A model generated the notes under the pieces. It was given only the letters and a program-made list of their open reading frames with translations, did no database searches and was not told the origin of the DNA. A stretch of 56,890 nucleotides of DNA from Octopus sinensis (taxonomy: Eukaryota). How positions within the stretch are numbered: position 1 is the stretch's first letter; every line of letters begins with the position of its first letter. Of the stretch, positions 37,294 to 50,950 are shown piece by piece. The DNA lies in contig NW_021833723.1 of the NCBI RefSeq assembly GCF_006345805.1, positions 1 to 56,890 of the forward strand, written 5' to 3'. Both the position numbers and the translations under genes were made by a program.

Positions 37294-38099
37294 TATATAT
37301 ATATACATATGTATGTATGTATGTATGTATATATTATTTAACCATTTTTTTATATTTATTCATTTTAGCTCATAACCATCAGAGGGAGCTATGTATGAGA
37401 CTAGATTTAATGGAATTTAATCTCAGTCACCGAAATATTCCTTGTAATATCCTTTTGGCACATTCACCATGTAACTGGTTATTAAATACGAAACTGAATT
37501 CTATCCTATCTTACGATAACTCCCAAATTCATTCTATTTTATTATATCATTTTCTATTTGAATTTTAATTATTATTATTATTATTATTATTTATTATTAT
37601 CATCATCATTATTATTAATGCTATTATTATAGACGTCGCACAGTATACAATATAGTGAGGTTGCTGATTGAAGATATTGTGTCTACCGGGGGTTTGTACT
37701 GTTTGTCAAATCACAAGGACCTCAGAAAGACAGTATTTTACACAATATCCATGCAGTTTCAAGTAATGCCGACTTTTGCAATACATTTAGGTTTTCAGAT
37801 GTTTCTTTTTTTTTTCCAGATTGGGCGATATTGAACTCAATGCTCCGATGACTATAGGTAGAATTTTTCTTCAGGTTGCGTTGCTCATCGCGCTCAAAAG
37901 GACCCTGAATAAGGGTTGTTTAAGGATGTTGAACGACACAACCATGTTTAAAAAGGTGAATTATCCAAACCCCAAATATGGCTATGATGCTCCCCCACTA
38001 CTTCTGCTTGTGATCAGAGATGCACATGTCAGACACTAAGAGGCATGCTCAACTGGTTAAGGTCAAACAAGTGACAAGTAAATCTGTCGTACTGAGCAG

Positions 38100-38427
38100 A
38101 ATATTTGCTGTAGCCTATCTTTTATACCAAGACAAAACAATGTACATGATAACACTTCCAATCAGTTGAGATCAAAAGCCATGAGAGTCACTGTCTGGTA
38201 CTGCATCAGGGCATATATTATAATAATAATAATAATAATTATTATTATTATTATTATTATATTATTATTATTATTATTATTATTATTTTATTATTATTAT
38301 TATTATTATATAATATATGCCCTGATGCAGTACCAGACAGTGACTCTCATGGCTTTTGATCTCAACTGATTGGAAGTGTTATCATGTACATTGTTTTGTC
38401 TTGGTATAAAAGATAGGCTACAGCAAA

Positions 38428-38431
<4 letters not shown>
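38100..38431. repeat. Perfect 123-bp inverted duplication around a (TAA)n/(TTA)n centre
   Basis: 38100-38222 is the exact reverse complement of 38309-38431. Confidence 0.95.
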
Positions 38432-38493
<62 letters not shown>

Positions 38494-38528
38494 CATTATT
38501 ATTATTATAATTATTATTATTATTATTA

Positions 38529-38583
<55 letters not shown>

Positions 38584-38585
<2 letters not shown>

Positions 38586-38790
38586 GGCGACGGGATGGCA
38601 CACTCGTTAGCACGCTGGGCTAAATGCTTAGCAGTATTTCGCCTGTCGCTGCGTTCCGAGTTCAAATTCCGCCGTAGCTGACTTTGCCGTCCATCCTTTC
38701 GGGGTCGATAAATTAAGTACCTGTGAAACATTGGAGTCGATGTAACCGAATAGTCCCCTCCCCAAACTTTCAGATCTTGTGCTTATAGCA
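38584..38790 (+). mobile_element. SINE family B
   Basis: Head and central domain follow a (TTA)n tract. Confidence 0.8.
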
Positions 38791-38799
38791 GAAAGGACT

Positions 38800-38852
<53 letters not shown>

Positions 38853-38853
<1 letters not shown>

Positions 38854-40140
38854 ATATGTTTGACTTTTGCTTTGTATTTGTACAAGCTGACTCCAAGTTT
38901 CCCCCAGAGACCTCAAGAGACAACAATTTAGAAGTTCACGTTGGTGTTATGCCTAAGTGTCACATATTTGGTTTTGCACATAGTTTGTACTGGAGAATGT
39001 TTAAGGAAACAAGAAAATTATAAGTTTGTTTTAAAATTTGAGATAACATAGACAGTATTTTTCGTAGGATATGGGCAGTTCCCATGAGCCCTATTTTTGG
39101 AATTTCTGCTATTTTAGAGTCTCCTGGTATCTGAACTAAGTAGGAATCAGCCCATTTTGCTATTATTCCAAGGGCAATTATGACAACAGGTATTGTTTTA
39201 GTCATGAGGTTTCACATTTTGCTAATTTCTATTTCAAGCTCTTTATACTTGCTCAGATTTCGGTAGGTCTCGACAGATAGATTTATGTAGATTGGGGCAG
39301 TCATATCAATGAGGAGGCATGATTTTTGTCTGAAGTCTTTCAATATAATGTCTGGCCTATTCGCATCTATCTTTCTGTCAGTTTGATCGGTGAAGTACCA
39401 GAGGAGTGAGATGTGATCATTTTCAAGCACTGGAGGTGGTTTGCGTTGCCACCAGTTTTTATCATGGTCAGGTCCAGGTTTTTGCAAATTACCCAGTGAA
39501 TATACTGTGCTGCTCTATCATGACTGTTGTGATACTCTGTTGGTGCAAGATTGCACATGGAGACAACATGATTAATGGTTTCATTTTGTTGTTTACATAC
39601 ACGACACATTGGGCCACTGCTGTTCTTTAATATGTTGGCCTGGTAGCTTCTTGTAGGTAGGCATTGATCTTGGACTGTTTATGTTTCTGATTTTAAGCCA
39701 GAAGACACTAACCATTGATGGATGAGGGTTTCGTCAACATCGGCATTATTAGCTCTCTTTGGGTATTTGCTAGTGAGATGTTTTTCTTGCTATTTATCAG
39801 TAAGAATATCTGAGACAGCAGTTTTAACACGGGTTTTCATACGCTTAGCTCTTTCCGTGCTTGTTTCCAATACGTCTAATTCTGGGATTTGTCGTATTTG
39901 TAATTCATTTTGATATCTTTTGCCTGTTTTGTTACTGAGTATGATGCTTACTTGTTTTCATGCTGTAAGACGATTTTTTAACATCCAGTCATCAGAGTTT
40001 TTCAGGTAGGTGTCTAGGCCAGTTGTAGCAATCCTCATCGTTAATTCCAGTTGTAAAAGTCCACGGCCACCCTCTTTTCTGGGCAAGTAAAGTCGTTCTA
40101 TATCTGCCTTAGGGTGGTGCATTCTATGCATTACCCCTTT
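38853..40140 (-). mobile_element. R4/Dong-like non-LTR retrotransposon family 2, 5'-truncated
   Basis: HHPKADIERLYLPRKEGGRGL, CRVCKQQNETINHVVSMC..HDRAAQYIHW (CCHC), DANRPDIILKD..LIDM (REL endonuclease); frameshifted; the 3' end abuts (AAC)n. Confidence 0.9.
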
Positions 40141-40141
40141 T

Positions 40142-40352
40142 TACTTTTTTACTCTTTTACTTATTTCAGTCATTTGACTGTGGCCATGCCGGAGCAACAC
40201 CTTTTAGTCGAGCAAATCGACCCTAGGACTTATTCTTTGTAAGCCTAGTACTTATTCTATCGATCTCTCATGCCGAACCGCTAAGTTACAGGGACGTAAA
40301 CACACCAGCATCGGTTGTCAAGCGATGTTGGGGACAAACACAGGCACACAAA
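40142..40352 (-). mobile_element. SINE family A, 3' half
   Basis: Tail TTACTCTTTTACTTATTTCAGTCATTTGACTG through GGGACAAACAC. Confidence 0.9.
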
Positions 40353-40981
40353 GATGGTGGTGGTGATAGTGGTGTTGGTGGTGGTGGTTGTGGCGGTGGT
40401 GGTGGTGGTGGTGGTGGTGGTGGGGTGGTGGTGATGGTGGTGGTTGCGGTGGTGGTGAAGTTGTGTTTGTTATTGTCGTTGTTCTTGTTGACTGATTAGA
40501 TCTATGGTCAAATTTGTCCCAGCTGAAACCACCTCGTCTTCCTCTTGAACATTGGACGTTATCTGCTGTGTTGTGTTTTCAGATTGTAGTATATAGATAC
40601 GAGGTTAAGAGAAATCCATATAGGAGCTGGTTCACTGAAATGCTGGTGCATGCTTTTGAGCCGTTATCCTCTATGAAAGTCCACATTTGCAAAAACATAA
40701 AAAGCCGGGGTTTGGTGGGGGGTGACAACTGAATGCTTTCATTCTTTTTCTATTTTTGAATTTCTGACTCTCACTCTTTTTCTTCTCTCTCTCACACACA
40801 CACACTCACTCTCTCTCCTCTCCCAACTCTCTCTCTCTCTCTCTTTCTGTTTCTCCCCCCTCCCCTCCGTCTATCAGTTCTTATTTCTTTCCTTCACGTT
40901 TTTTTTTTCTTTTTCATTATTTTACCATACCTTGTTTTCTGACTTTGATATTTTTATCTCTGTCTTTTCCTCGCTTTTCCT

Positions 40982-41023
<42 letters not shown>

Positions 41024-41326
41024 ATCTATCTATCTATCTATCTTTTTTTTTTTGCTTTTTCACTTTTCCCTTATTTATTTCACAATCCTCTTTTTATTCC
41101 TTTCGTCTCACCTTTATTTTTTTTTTGTCAGATTACTGTGTTCTTTGTTTTCTTTTTATCATTGTTCTAAATTTCCTCCTTCCTCTTTTTCTCTCTCTCT
41201 CTCTATCTTCTTCCCTCTCTCTTCCTCCATTTCTCTCTCTCTCTTCCTCTCACCCTCACAGTTTCCTCCACTTTTATTTCTACTTTTTACTCTATTTCTT
41301 AATCGTAACCGTTCTCTTTCTCTCTT

Positions 41327-41377
<51 letters not shown>

Positions 41378-41968
41378 TCTCTTTTTCTAACGCGCTATTA
41401 GCAAAGCTTTTAGCTTTTTTGTAGTTTAACCAAATCGCTTAGTACAATAGAATCAGGCAATTTCTTCTATTGCCAATATTTTTCATACAAAAAAAAAATC
41501 AAAAACAAAAACGAAAGAAATCTTTTAAAATTTAAATATCACCCTCACCCCACCCCCGCCTTTTTTTACAACATGACCTGGGATTAAACATAGAGTCATA
41601 TCAAAATGATATTATACTGATACTCTTCATTTCTTAATTTGTCTTCTTACATAACCTCACAACTCTTCGGATGACTTCGATTAAGGTTTTTAAAGGATTG
41701 TGTCAAGAACACTAACAGAACTGTCTCTATGGTGCCTCACATCACTTTCCCTTATAACCGTTTTGGCAACCACTGTCAAACTGGTTTCTGTCATAATGCG
41801 ATCGTAGGTGCATTTTTTTTCCTGGGAATTAGATGCTGCTGTCATACCTTTGACCGGAAACCTGACCTGTGAATAAACAGCAACAATAGAAGCAATACAG
41901 TGTTGAGTGAATTTACTCACATGCACACATGCATATGCATGTATGTATATGTATATGTATGTATCTAC

Positions 41969-42011
<43 letters not shown>

Positions 42012-42012
<1 letters not shown>

Positions 42013-42379
42013 TACAAAATTAGAGAATGGAGAAACATACTTAAATCAATAAAACATCAACTATCCGATGATACCCAATCAATACTTTAATACACCATTA
42101 CATATGAGTAAAGGCATTATACAAAATGAGATATACAGTAATAGTAAAAAGATAAAGAGATATAAGTAAAAAATTTTCAAATATAATATGCAATTAAATC
42201 AAAACTGACAGCTGTTTCGGCAGTGAGGGCAGTCATACCTCATTTAACCTCTAAGCCATAAGGCAGGTATAAATGAGGCATTAACAAGGATGCCCCACGG
42301 CCTCTTCAGAGAATTAAATTAAATTTGTTATAATTGTGAAAAATATAATATAACCATATACATATTTCAACCCCTATCT

Positions 42380-42385
<6 letters not shown>
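42012..42385 (-). mobile_element. ~375-bp hammerhead-bearing element inserted in (TA)n (Penelope pLTR/retrozyme-like)
   Basis: Non-repetitive block between two (TA)n tracts, containing an intact hammerhead core. Confidence 0.6.
42196..42320 (-). ncRNA. Type I hammerhead ribozyme with 84-nt extended stem II
   Basis: AAUUUAAUUCU-CUGAAGA-GGC..GCC-GAAAC-AGCU-GUC/AGUUUUGAUUU; all core boxes intact; predicted cleavage between plus positions 42207 and 42206. Confidence 0.8.
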
Positions 42386-42418
<33 letters not shown>

Positions 42419-42439
42419 CACATATATATATATATATAT

Positions 42440-42476
<37 letters not shown>

Positions 42477-42683
42477 GTATATATATGTATGTATGTATAT
42501 ATGCATATATATATATATGTATGTATGATATACATACATATATATATGTTATATATGTATATACATATATATGTGCTATATATATATACATAAATTATAC
42601 TATTTTATATAGAAATTGTTAACATTAGCAATACTCAGAAACAGGCTAGAATCGAAGTGCTCAACTTGAGCTAAGTTCCAAAT

Positions 42684-42893
42684 TATAATTTGAATGGAGG
42701 CAATACAAACGGAAAACTAGAGGAACATGACCTATTATCCAATAGAATATTCAGTATATTTATGTGTACTTTCTTCGGCATTAATAAATCAATATAAAGT
42801 TCGAAGAAAGTACCCATATATACTGAATATTTTATTGGATAATAGGTCATGTTCCTCTAGTTTTCCGTTTGTATTGCCTCCATTCAAATTATA
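42684..42893. repeat. Long hairpin/fold-back, 94/92-bp arms, 24-nt loop
   Basis: 42684-42777 vs 42802-42893: about the first 60 bp are perfect, then one G.T, one mismatch and a 2-nt indel. Confidence 0.95.
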
Positions 42894-42909
42894 TACATAC
42901 ATATATATA

Positions 42910-42952
<43 letters not shown>

Positions 42953-43192
42953 ATATATAATATATATTTGTATATATGTACATACATACAAACGTGTATA
43001 TATATGTGTATGTGCGTATAATTTCTGTTGGTTCGCCGAGAAGTGATAAATTACGAAATTCAATACGTAGACGTAGAGTACTATAACCGAAAGTCTCGTA
43101 ATTTCACGTTCCAGACCTTCCTGCCGGCAATCCGATCCTGTTTTCTCTTGGACTATTTGTTGTTTGAATATATTTTGAACTATTACACAACA

Positions 43193-43378
43193 TTAATAAA
43201 TCTCTGAACGAGATGTAAACAGTAACTGCACGACAGTGTAAGGTATACTAGCCATCTCAATATGGCTAACCACACTGTGCCTAAAGCCAGCTGGAGACGA
43301 TGATCTCCTGGGGCTACAAGCTACAGTAACACTCACCCTTAGTGGTTAGCCATATTGAGATGGCTAGTATACCTTACA
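43193..43378. mobile_element. Fold-back derivative of the 33.4-kb hammerhead unit, with 12-bp TSD
   Basis: Perfect 37-bp inverted repeat 43237-43273/43342-43378; TATTACACAACA at 43181-43192 and 43379-43390. Confidence 0.8.
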
Positions 43379-44526
43379 TATTACACAACAGTCATCAAGA
43401 AAAAGCTTATCCTTATGGTTATTTTTTAAAAAACAATCCGCAGGAATGAATTTGTAAATCAAATCTAGCCACGGTCAACTTTAATTTTCAACATCCTGAT
43501 GTGAGGATGAAAACTTTGCCGTGGTTCTATGGCTTCTATCATTAGTGAGAAAGTTCGTGAGAAAGGGGAGTAAGAGTTCTCAAACCAACAAGAAAGCATC
43601 TCCCGTTGTTGCTCGACCTACTAGAAGTAGCACCCAAAAGCCCCTTCGTATCATACAAATCTTAAAATAGAAGGGAAGATCATATTGAATGACGATATCC
43701 TAGATACAAGCAAAAAAATAGACTAAATGGTCTTTGCAGGAATGCCTTATATGGTAAGTCTGTTTGATTAGATTTGTCCTTGAAGTAAATCACAAGAATA
43801 GCAGCAACAGCAGCATCAGCAACAACAACAACACATCTAGGCCTTGTCTCTATGTAAAAATCCAATATGTATAGTACTGAATTTTAAGGAGAAATATCTT
43901 CAACCGTTAACTTTAAAAAGCGATCTTTAATCATGTTTTATAAAAAGACATCAGAAATTTTTTAAAAAAACAACAAAATTAGCAGCAGAAGTATTTTGTT
44001 TTTGTTTTTTTTTTATATTTAAAAAAATAAGATCAATCCCATCCTACAACCAGCCACATGAAAATAAAATATGAACATCTAAAGAACATTGATCTGCTTT
44101 GGCTTCCGGTGAATAAATTATCATGATATTTTTTTCATCAAATAAGATTACACATCACGATATTGTATTAGGCAACCAAACATTAGGATTATCAAACCAA
44201 ACATCAGCAAGATATTTGTAGAGACACTGGCGAAAACCAAAGAACAATAGTTTGTTCCAGTAGCAATCCAACATTAAACTTCCTGTTGCAGCCTTAACGG
44301 CAAACTTTCATTAACATTGATTTATTCTTTAGCCAATATCCCAGCTTCTTTCTCTACAGTTTCGAAGATTTTTAACCGCCACCCACATTATCGACAATGG
44401 ATGGAAAGAATCGCAACTTTATATAATTCCGAACCCTTCCGTCTTCTTATGATCTGATTTCAAACTTCACCGAAGTCGATTTTGATTTTCATACCTGTGG
44501 GGTTAAATTATGGGATTCATGATCAA

Positions 44527-44680
44527 ACAAGGGCACTCAGAGAGTACAAACCTCCGCCGAAGCAACACCAACGTCCTCTCAACGATTAGCCGGAGATAAC
44601 TTTTTAAATGAGAATATCTGAAATAAACTCGACTGCTCTCACAAACGAGAATACTGAAAATTAATCCGACCGCTCTCAAA
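44527..44680 (+). repeat. Probable interspersed repeat, unclassified
   Basis: AACAAGGGCACTCAGAGAG..AAACCTCCGCC resembles a mollusc repeat as I recall it; single copy here. Confidence 0.3.
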
Positions 44681-44739
44681 AAATAAGTAAAATAAAAACG
44701 GAAAAAGAATCCTTGTCCGGTACCTGATCGATCCCAATG

Positions 44740-45010
44740 GTAGTCATGGAATGTGAAGGTGGGTGTGCGATCCGTGTTTGTAATGCTGTGAGCGTGTCAT
44801 CTGCAATGGGAACAGGGACAGTTTTCTCTTTGAAGGCTTTTTTTAGTCTATCCACTGATATAGTGTATTTACGACTATTAAGGTCTATAGGGAAAAATTT
44901 ATCCGGGCGTGAAAGAAAACGGAAAGGACCTGCATACGATGCTGGTAACGAAAGTTTAACCACATCGTTGCGCACAGAAACGTGAGTCCAAGAAGTAAAG
45001 CTTCCTTCAA
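44740..45010 (-). mobile_element. Gypsy LTR retrotransposon integrase C-terminal remnant
   Basis: RNDVVKLSLPASYAGPFRFLSRPDKFFPIDLNSRKYTISVDRLKKAF matches the Y.GPF..L....FF.I......VS.DRLK.A pattern. Confidence 0.8.
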
Positions 45011-47049
45011 GGCAGAGCTAGAATTACAATTGTCAAGTAGGTAAGAGGTTTTAAATAGGAGCGATATATTCAAAATTGGTAAAACAAAAAGTTGTCGAGG
45101 ATAAATTAAATTTATTGTTGTTACTGAATATCATAGTGCTATTTAATTTCTGAACGGTTTTGCTGCCGTTTGTTTATGTTTCTACTAAGATAGAGACGTG
45201 AGTAAAATTAATAATAGAGAAACGAAAACAAAACTTTGGAAACAGCCTCCTAAGACCTCAAAGTTGATTTAGAATGTAGGTGGTCATATGCCAATAAAAC
45301 AAAAGAGTTGCAGAAGATGTACTTGATGTACTTCGTGGAACAAATAAAGGAGAACCCAATACATTTACCGGAAATGCGATATTCCTCCTTTATGCATTGA
45401 AGAATGTTTTAAAGTATATCACACATAGCATGTATCTATGAATCATGGTTGTTCTCGTGAATATTATTTGAGAAAAGAAATATATTCATTAGTTAGTATG
45501 ATATTAGAGAAAAATCTATATAATTACATAATTATATGAGGAGAGAAGTTTATTCATTATTTCATAAGTATTATTTGGAAGGGGTCATTATATATAAATT
45601 TTCATAAGTGTTATTAGAAAAAATAATTGTAATTTATAATAAATATTATATGAGAAAGCAATTGTAGCTTCATTTTGCGTTTGAAATAAACTGTAAGATT
45701 TATTTCATTTTTATTTCCGTAATTTTCCGAACTTGCTCAACATGCATGTGAAATACTGTTGGGATAGGATAGTTCCAAGTATTTTTTCATTAGACATTTT
45801 TGTCCCACTTTCAAAAATCATATGTAGCGATATAAAAAAAAATGTTTAGATTTTCATTATGGCAGATAATGAAGGTTTAAAGAAGCGGAAAATGGGAAAA
45901 AATTAAATAAAAACTGATTGTGTGAAAGTCGTAGTGAAAGGGTTAAGCCATAGTTGCCCACGTATTCTATAGACCTTTGTGATTCAAAAAACGTTGGCTT
46001 CTTATATTTCATAGGATTCCTTTATATTTACATTGAAGTAACAAATTTAAACGGTTGTCTCCTTTACTGAATAAGACTTTATCATAATATACAGATTTTT
46101 ATAATTTCAGATAACATTTATTTCTGATTCTCCTGAAATATTTAATTACCTTCTTTAAAGATCTTAATTCCAATCTTGATACGGCCTATCGACTCCACGT
46201 ATTCTCAATCTGAGTTTGATTAAATAAATATCACTCAAATACTCGTATCGATATAATCGACCATACGTATTCCTTTCCTCGCGATTTACCAATATTAGAA
46301 ATCAATATTTCTGTCCGCATCTTTCTATTTTACCTCTTTGTCAATAACATAATGCTTAATTTATGAAACAACACTTATTTTTTCCGGTCGCCAGATACTT
46401 AGGCAGGCTTTTATTAAATCTTAATCGTTTAAAATTTAGAAAAAAGAGAAGGAGAAAAAAGTTTTAAACATTTTTGTTGTTCAATTTCTATTTTTTCCCC
46501 CCTAGTGAGAAAAACTAATCTAAATTGTTTATTTGTCTTCGTTATTTGTTTCACGTTATGTATTTATATATTTTTTATCTTCGCAAATCAAATAATCTTT
46601 TTAAAAGCCTCCACCTCTCTCACCTAACAACTTTATTATTGCTTTAATGTTGCTTCATAGAAAAAAAATGACATTCAAAATCTCATAATGACAGGTCATT
46701 CGAAACTAACAAAGCCAGCACACTTTTACGAACATTAGTTTTGTATTTGACACCTAATGTTTCACGTGACAAGAACCACCATTTGTAATTTCTTTTCCTT
46801 TTTTTTTTTCTACTTTTCATTTTCTTTCTTATTCCATTACTTTATTAGTCTTGTACTAATAAATGATCCTGCAGCTCTCGTCTTCCTTACAGCCGATATC
46901 CTAAACCACTGCGATTGTTCTAGAAACAATTTGAAAGGAAAAGAAAACCCTCATTTAGATGCCATAAATTTCCTCTTTATCGTCTGAAGTTTCCAATATC
47001 ACCAGATTTCAATCAATGCATGAGATATCATTAGATTTTATTGCTTCGT

Positions 47050-47093
47050 TTGTCGTTGTTGGTGTTGTTATTGTCGTCATCGTCGTCGTCGTC

Positions 47094-47125
<32 letters not shown>

Positions 47126-47273
47126 CATTATTAATATCATTATTATTATTATTATTATTATTACTACTACTACTACTACTACTACTACTATCATTATTAT
47201 TATTATTATTATTATTACTATTATTATTATTATTATTATATTATTATTATTATTATTAATTATTATTTTATTT

Positions 47274-47311
<38 letters not shown>

Positions 47312-47377
47312 TGTTATTTGCTATTATTATTATTATTATTACTATTATTATTATTATTATTATTACTACTACTATTA

Positions 47378-47458
<81 letters not shown>

Positions 47459-47495
47459 CATCATTATTACTATTATTATTTGTTATTGTTGATAT
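47050..47495. repeat. (TTA)n compound microsatellite
   Basis: Direct reading. Confidence 0.95.
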
Positions 47496-47989
47496 TGTCG
47501 TTTTTGTTGCTGCATTTGTTTAATCATGCTTTTTTAAGCTTATAATTTTAATCTTTAAAGACTCGCTCTTTTCTCCACGCTCCTTTTACTTCTCATTCTC
47601 TCTCAATTTTTCAGTCTTTCACCCCCCCTCTCTCCCTCTCTCTTTTCTCACTGTCTTTCTCAAGTTTATTACCGTATTGTTAATTTTAAAGCACTTTGAC
47701 ATAAAGTGGTTACTTGGCAATATTTATGTTTCAGCCATTTCAAAACTTTGTGCGACTCAGCGTGTGAGTGCATATATATATATAGATGTGTATGGATATG
47801 TACCAGGGTGCATAAATCTTAACGTTGGTGTGTGTTTGGATGTATATGTTTGTGAGTCAAAAAGTACGGTTAGTGCAAACGTACCAATTGATGAAAACAG
47901 CGTTTGATAAGCAATTTATAAAAATTAATTAAATTGTTTCAATATGTCAGTATATGTGTGTGAGTGTGTGAGTGAGTGTGTGTGTGTGT

Positions 47990-48083
<94 letters not shown>

Positions 48084-48128
48084 GGATGGATGGATGGATA
48101 GATGGATGGATGGATGGATGGATGGATG

Positions 48129-48191
<63 letters not shown>

Positions 48192-48270
48192 GATGGTGGA
48201 TGGATGGATGGATAGATGGATGGATGGATGGATGGATGGATGGATGGATGGATGGATGGATAGATAGATA
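47990..48270. repeat. (GATA)/(GATG)n array (further segments at 50461-50840 and 52586-52636)
   Basis: Direct reading. Confidence 0.95.
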
Positions 48271-48271
48271 T

Positions 48272-50460
48272 GTTTCTTTATTAGCTACACAGGGCTGCAC
48301 ACAGATAGAACAAATTACAAGGTAGAGCTTTTCTTTTGAAGGTTTAAAAAAAAAAAAAAAAAAAATGAGGGGGGATTTTCGATCAAAAGGGATCGTAAAA
48401 AGGAGAGAAAGAGGACAAAAAGAAGGGGGGGTTAAAAAATTAAAAAAAAAAAGAAAGGGGAGAGGAAAAAAAAATTGATCAATAGGATCGTTATCACAGA
48501 AATGTCAATATGAAAGTGTAAAGGGGAGGACAGTGAGGTTTACCCATGGAAAGAAAGCCTGCGGAAAGACCACGGTAACTCGGTCAATGAAGTCACATTT
48601 TATATTTCTTTTTTTTTTTTTTTTTTTTTTTTTGCAAATAAGCAACTCTCTGTTTTCGATTTCGGTTCATATGACTATGCTCAGGTGGCTTCGTCATTCA
48701 TACGTGCCATTCTTGCTACATTCACCCATCTTTTTTTAAAACATTCGCTAGACAAAACTTGCCTCTCTACTCTCACTTTCCTCTTCAAGTGGTACTTGAA
48801 GAGTTGATGAGAGATTGACCAGAGAGGAAAGTGTTTGTCTCCAATCCTTTCAGACGCGTCCACCAGATACATTCTTTCGCCATAGCCACAAGGATGATGA
48901 AAATAGCTCTTCCTTCCCGTTTGAAGGAAGGAGGCGTGACAATATTGACGATAGACTCAGCTGATAAACCGACTCGTCCCACACGTGACAGCAGTTGTTC
49001 GACATAACCCACAGGTCGGAATTGTTGGACACTAAACGAGTGCGTGCAGAACGGTTTCGTCGCTCTGACCGCATCTCGGGCAGGTCGGCCCCGTGTTTCT
49101 CGAGCCGTGTCTGTAGAGCTTATCCCGAACGGGTAGCGCTTCTCGGTAGCACTGCCAGGCCAGGGATCTCTGGAAGTTGTCCATGGGCCCTGGCCCGAAA
49201 GTCGTCCCGAACAGGCGGGTCAGGTACTCCTCGTCGACGTCCAGGTTCGCCCCGAGCTCGTCGTCGTACCTCCCCTCCACTAACCCCTATAGAATGCTTT
49301 GTTGTGTTGAAGTCACTTAAGGTCGACCCAGGACGGCAGAGTTGCTTGAGAGCAACGCGACACTCGCGGTGCCATTCGCCCTTCCTCGGCCTCTTTTTGA
49401 TCCACGACTGCAGTTCGGTCATGGAGACGAGCTGCGGGAAAGCGTGCCTCACAAACGGCGACCACACCTGTTCACCGTCGTCTACATAGAGCCAGAGATG
49501 TCGCAGTCTCAGCGCGTGTCTGCGCATCATCAACCACGGCATGCCCAGCCTCCTTTTAACGGGTGTTGACAGCAAATGGATCGCCTGACCATCGGGACGC
49601 ATCCTTTCCACAAGAAGCGAAAGAGGATGCGTTGTAGTTTGGTGATGGTAGGTCGGGACAAGGTACGACGGTCAGGCGGTAGTAGATGACGGACGCGATG
49701 TACGTGTTCGCCACCTCCGCTCGACCTTTTAGGGACAGTTTCCTCTCGGCCCATTGCCGGGCGAGAGTGACCACCCTACTCGTTATCTCGTTCCAGTTCT
49801 TCTCCACTTGGAGGTCCGGACCAACCAGACCCCGAGCAACTCAACCGGGCCGTCGGTCCAGCGTCCCACGACGGAGGCGCTGGTGGACGGCATGGGCTTG
49901 CTTCTCCATGTGCCTAGTCGCAAGCCCACTGACTTTTCCCGGTTGATTTTCGCTCCTGTCACCGCTTCGTAGTTTTTCAGTGTCTCGCCGACAGCTCGAT
50001 GTGCTCGTGGCTAGACACTATGACGGTGACGTCGTCCGCGTATGCAGACACGCTCGTCCCGCATCCCAATCCTCGCGGGATGCCCCTTAGAGTCGCCAGC
50101 TTCCGCAGTAGTGGCTCAAGAGTCAATACGTATAGAAGCGCCGAGAGGGGGCATCCCTGACGGACCGAACGTGCAATGTCGAAAGGTCTCGATAGATGTC
50201 CATTTACGCGCGAATTACCGAACGGATGCCTCTGTACAAGGCAGCTATCCAGCCGCGGAAGACGGGCCCGAAACCAGCCGCTCTCAGGACTGCCTCCAAG
50301 TATCGATGGTCCCACCCTATCAAAGGCTTTCGATTGATCCAAGGTTGATCAGGGCCCCACCCATGCCAGGTTCGTTAACTACCCTGTCTATGATGTAGCG
50401 CATCAGATGGAGGTTGTCATGGATGGTCCGGCCTGGCACGGCGCATGTTTGCGCCTTGTC
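48272..50460 (-). mobile_element. Tx1/L1-clade LINE copy 1, 5'-truncated within the RT
   Basis: [50 protein letters not shown] (CCHC); 3' UTR ends AATAAAGAAAC followed by (TATC)n. Confidence 0.95.
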
Positions 50461-50553
50461 GATAGATTAGATAGATAGATAGATGGATGGATGGATGGAT
50501 GGATGGATGGATAGATGGATGGATGGATGGATGGATGGATGGATAGATAGATG

Positions 50554-50588
<35 letters not shown>

Positions 50589-50614
50589 GGATGGATGGAT
50601 GGATAGAGAGATGG

Positions 50615-50645
<31 letters not shown>

Positions 50646-50646
50646 G

Positions 50647-50702
<56 letters not shown>

Positions 50703-50761
50703 GGATGGATGGATGGATGGATAGATGGATGGATGGATGGATGGATGATAGATAGATAGAT

Positions 50762-50799
<38 letters not shown>

Positions 50800-50804
50800 G
50801 GATG

Positions 50805-50840
<36 letters not shown>

Positions 50841-50841
<1 letters not shown>

Positions 50842-50912
50842 TTTCTTTATTAGCCACACAGGGCTGCACACAGATAGAACAATTACAAGGTAGAGCTTTT
50901 CTTTCTTGAAGG

Positions 50913-50950
<38 letters not shown>

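Noticed and set aside
37820-37857. 38-nt exon candidate after a strong polypyrimidine CAG
   Set aside because: Weak donor, unrecognised peptide, and no neighbouring exons to form a model.
41848-41866. 19-nt minus-strand microexon (TTCACAG|...AAG|GTATGA)
   Set aside because: Good splice signals, but such pairs arise by chance in 57 kb; needs RNA-seq.
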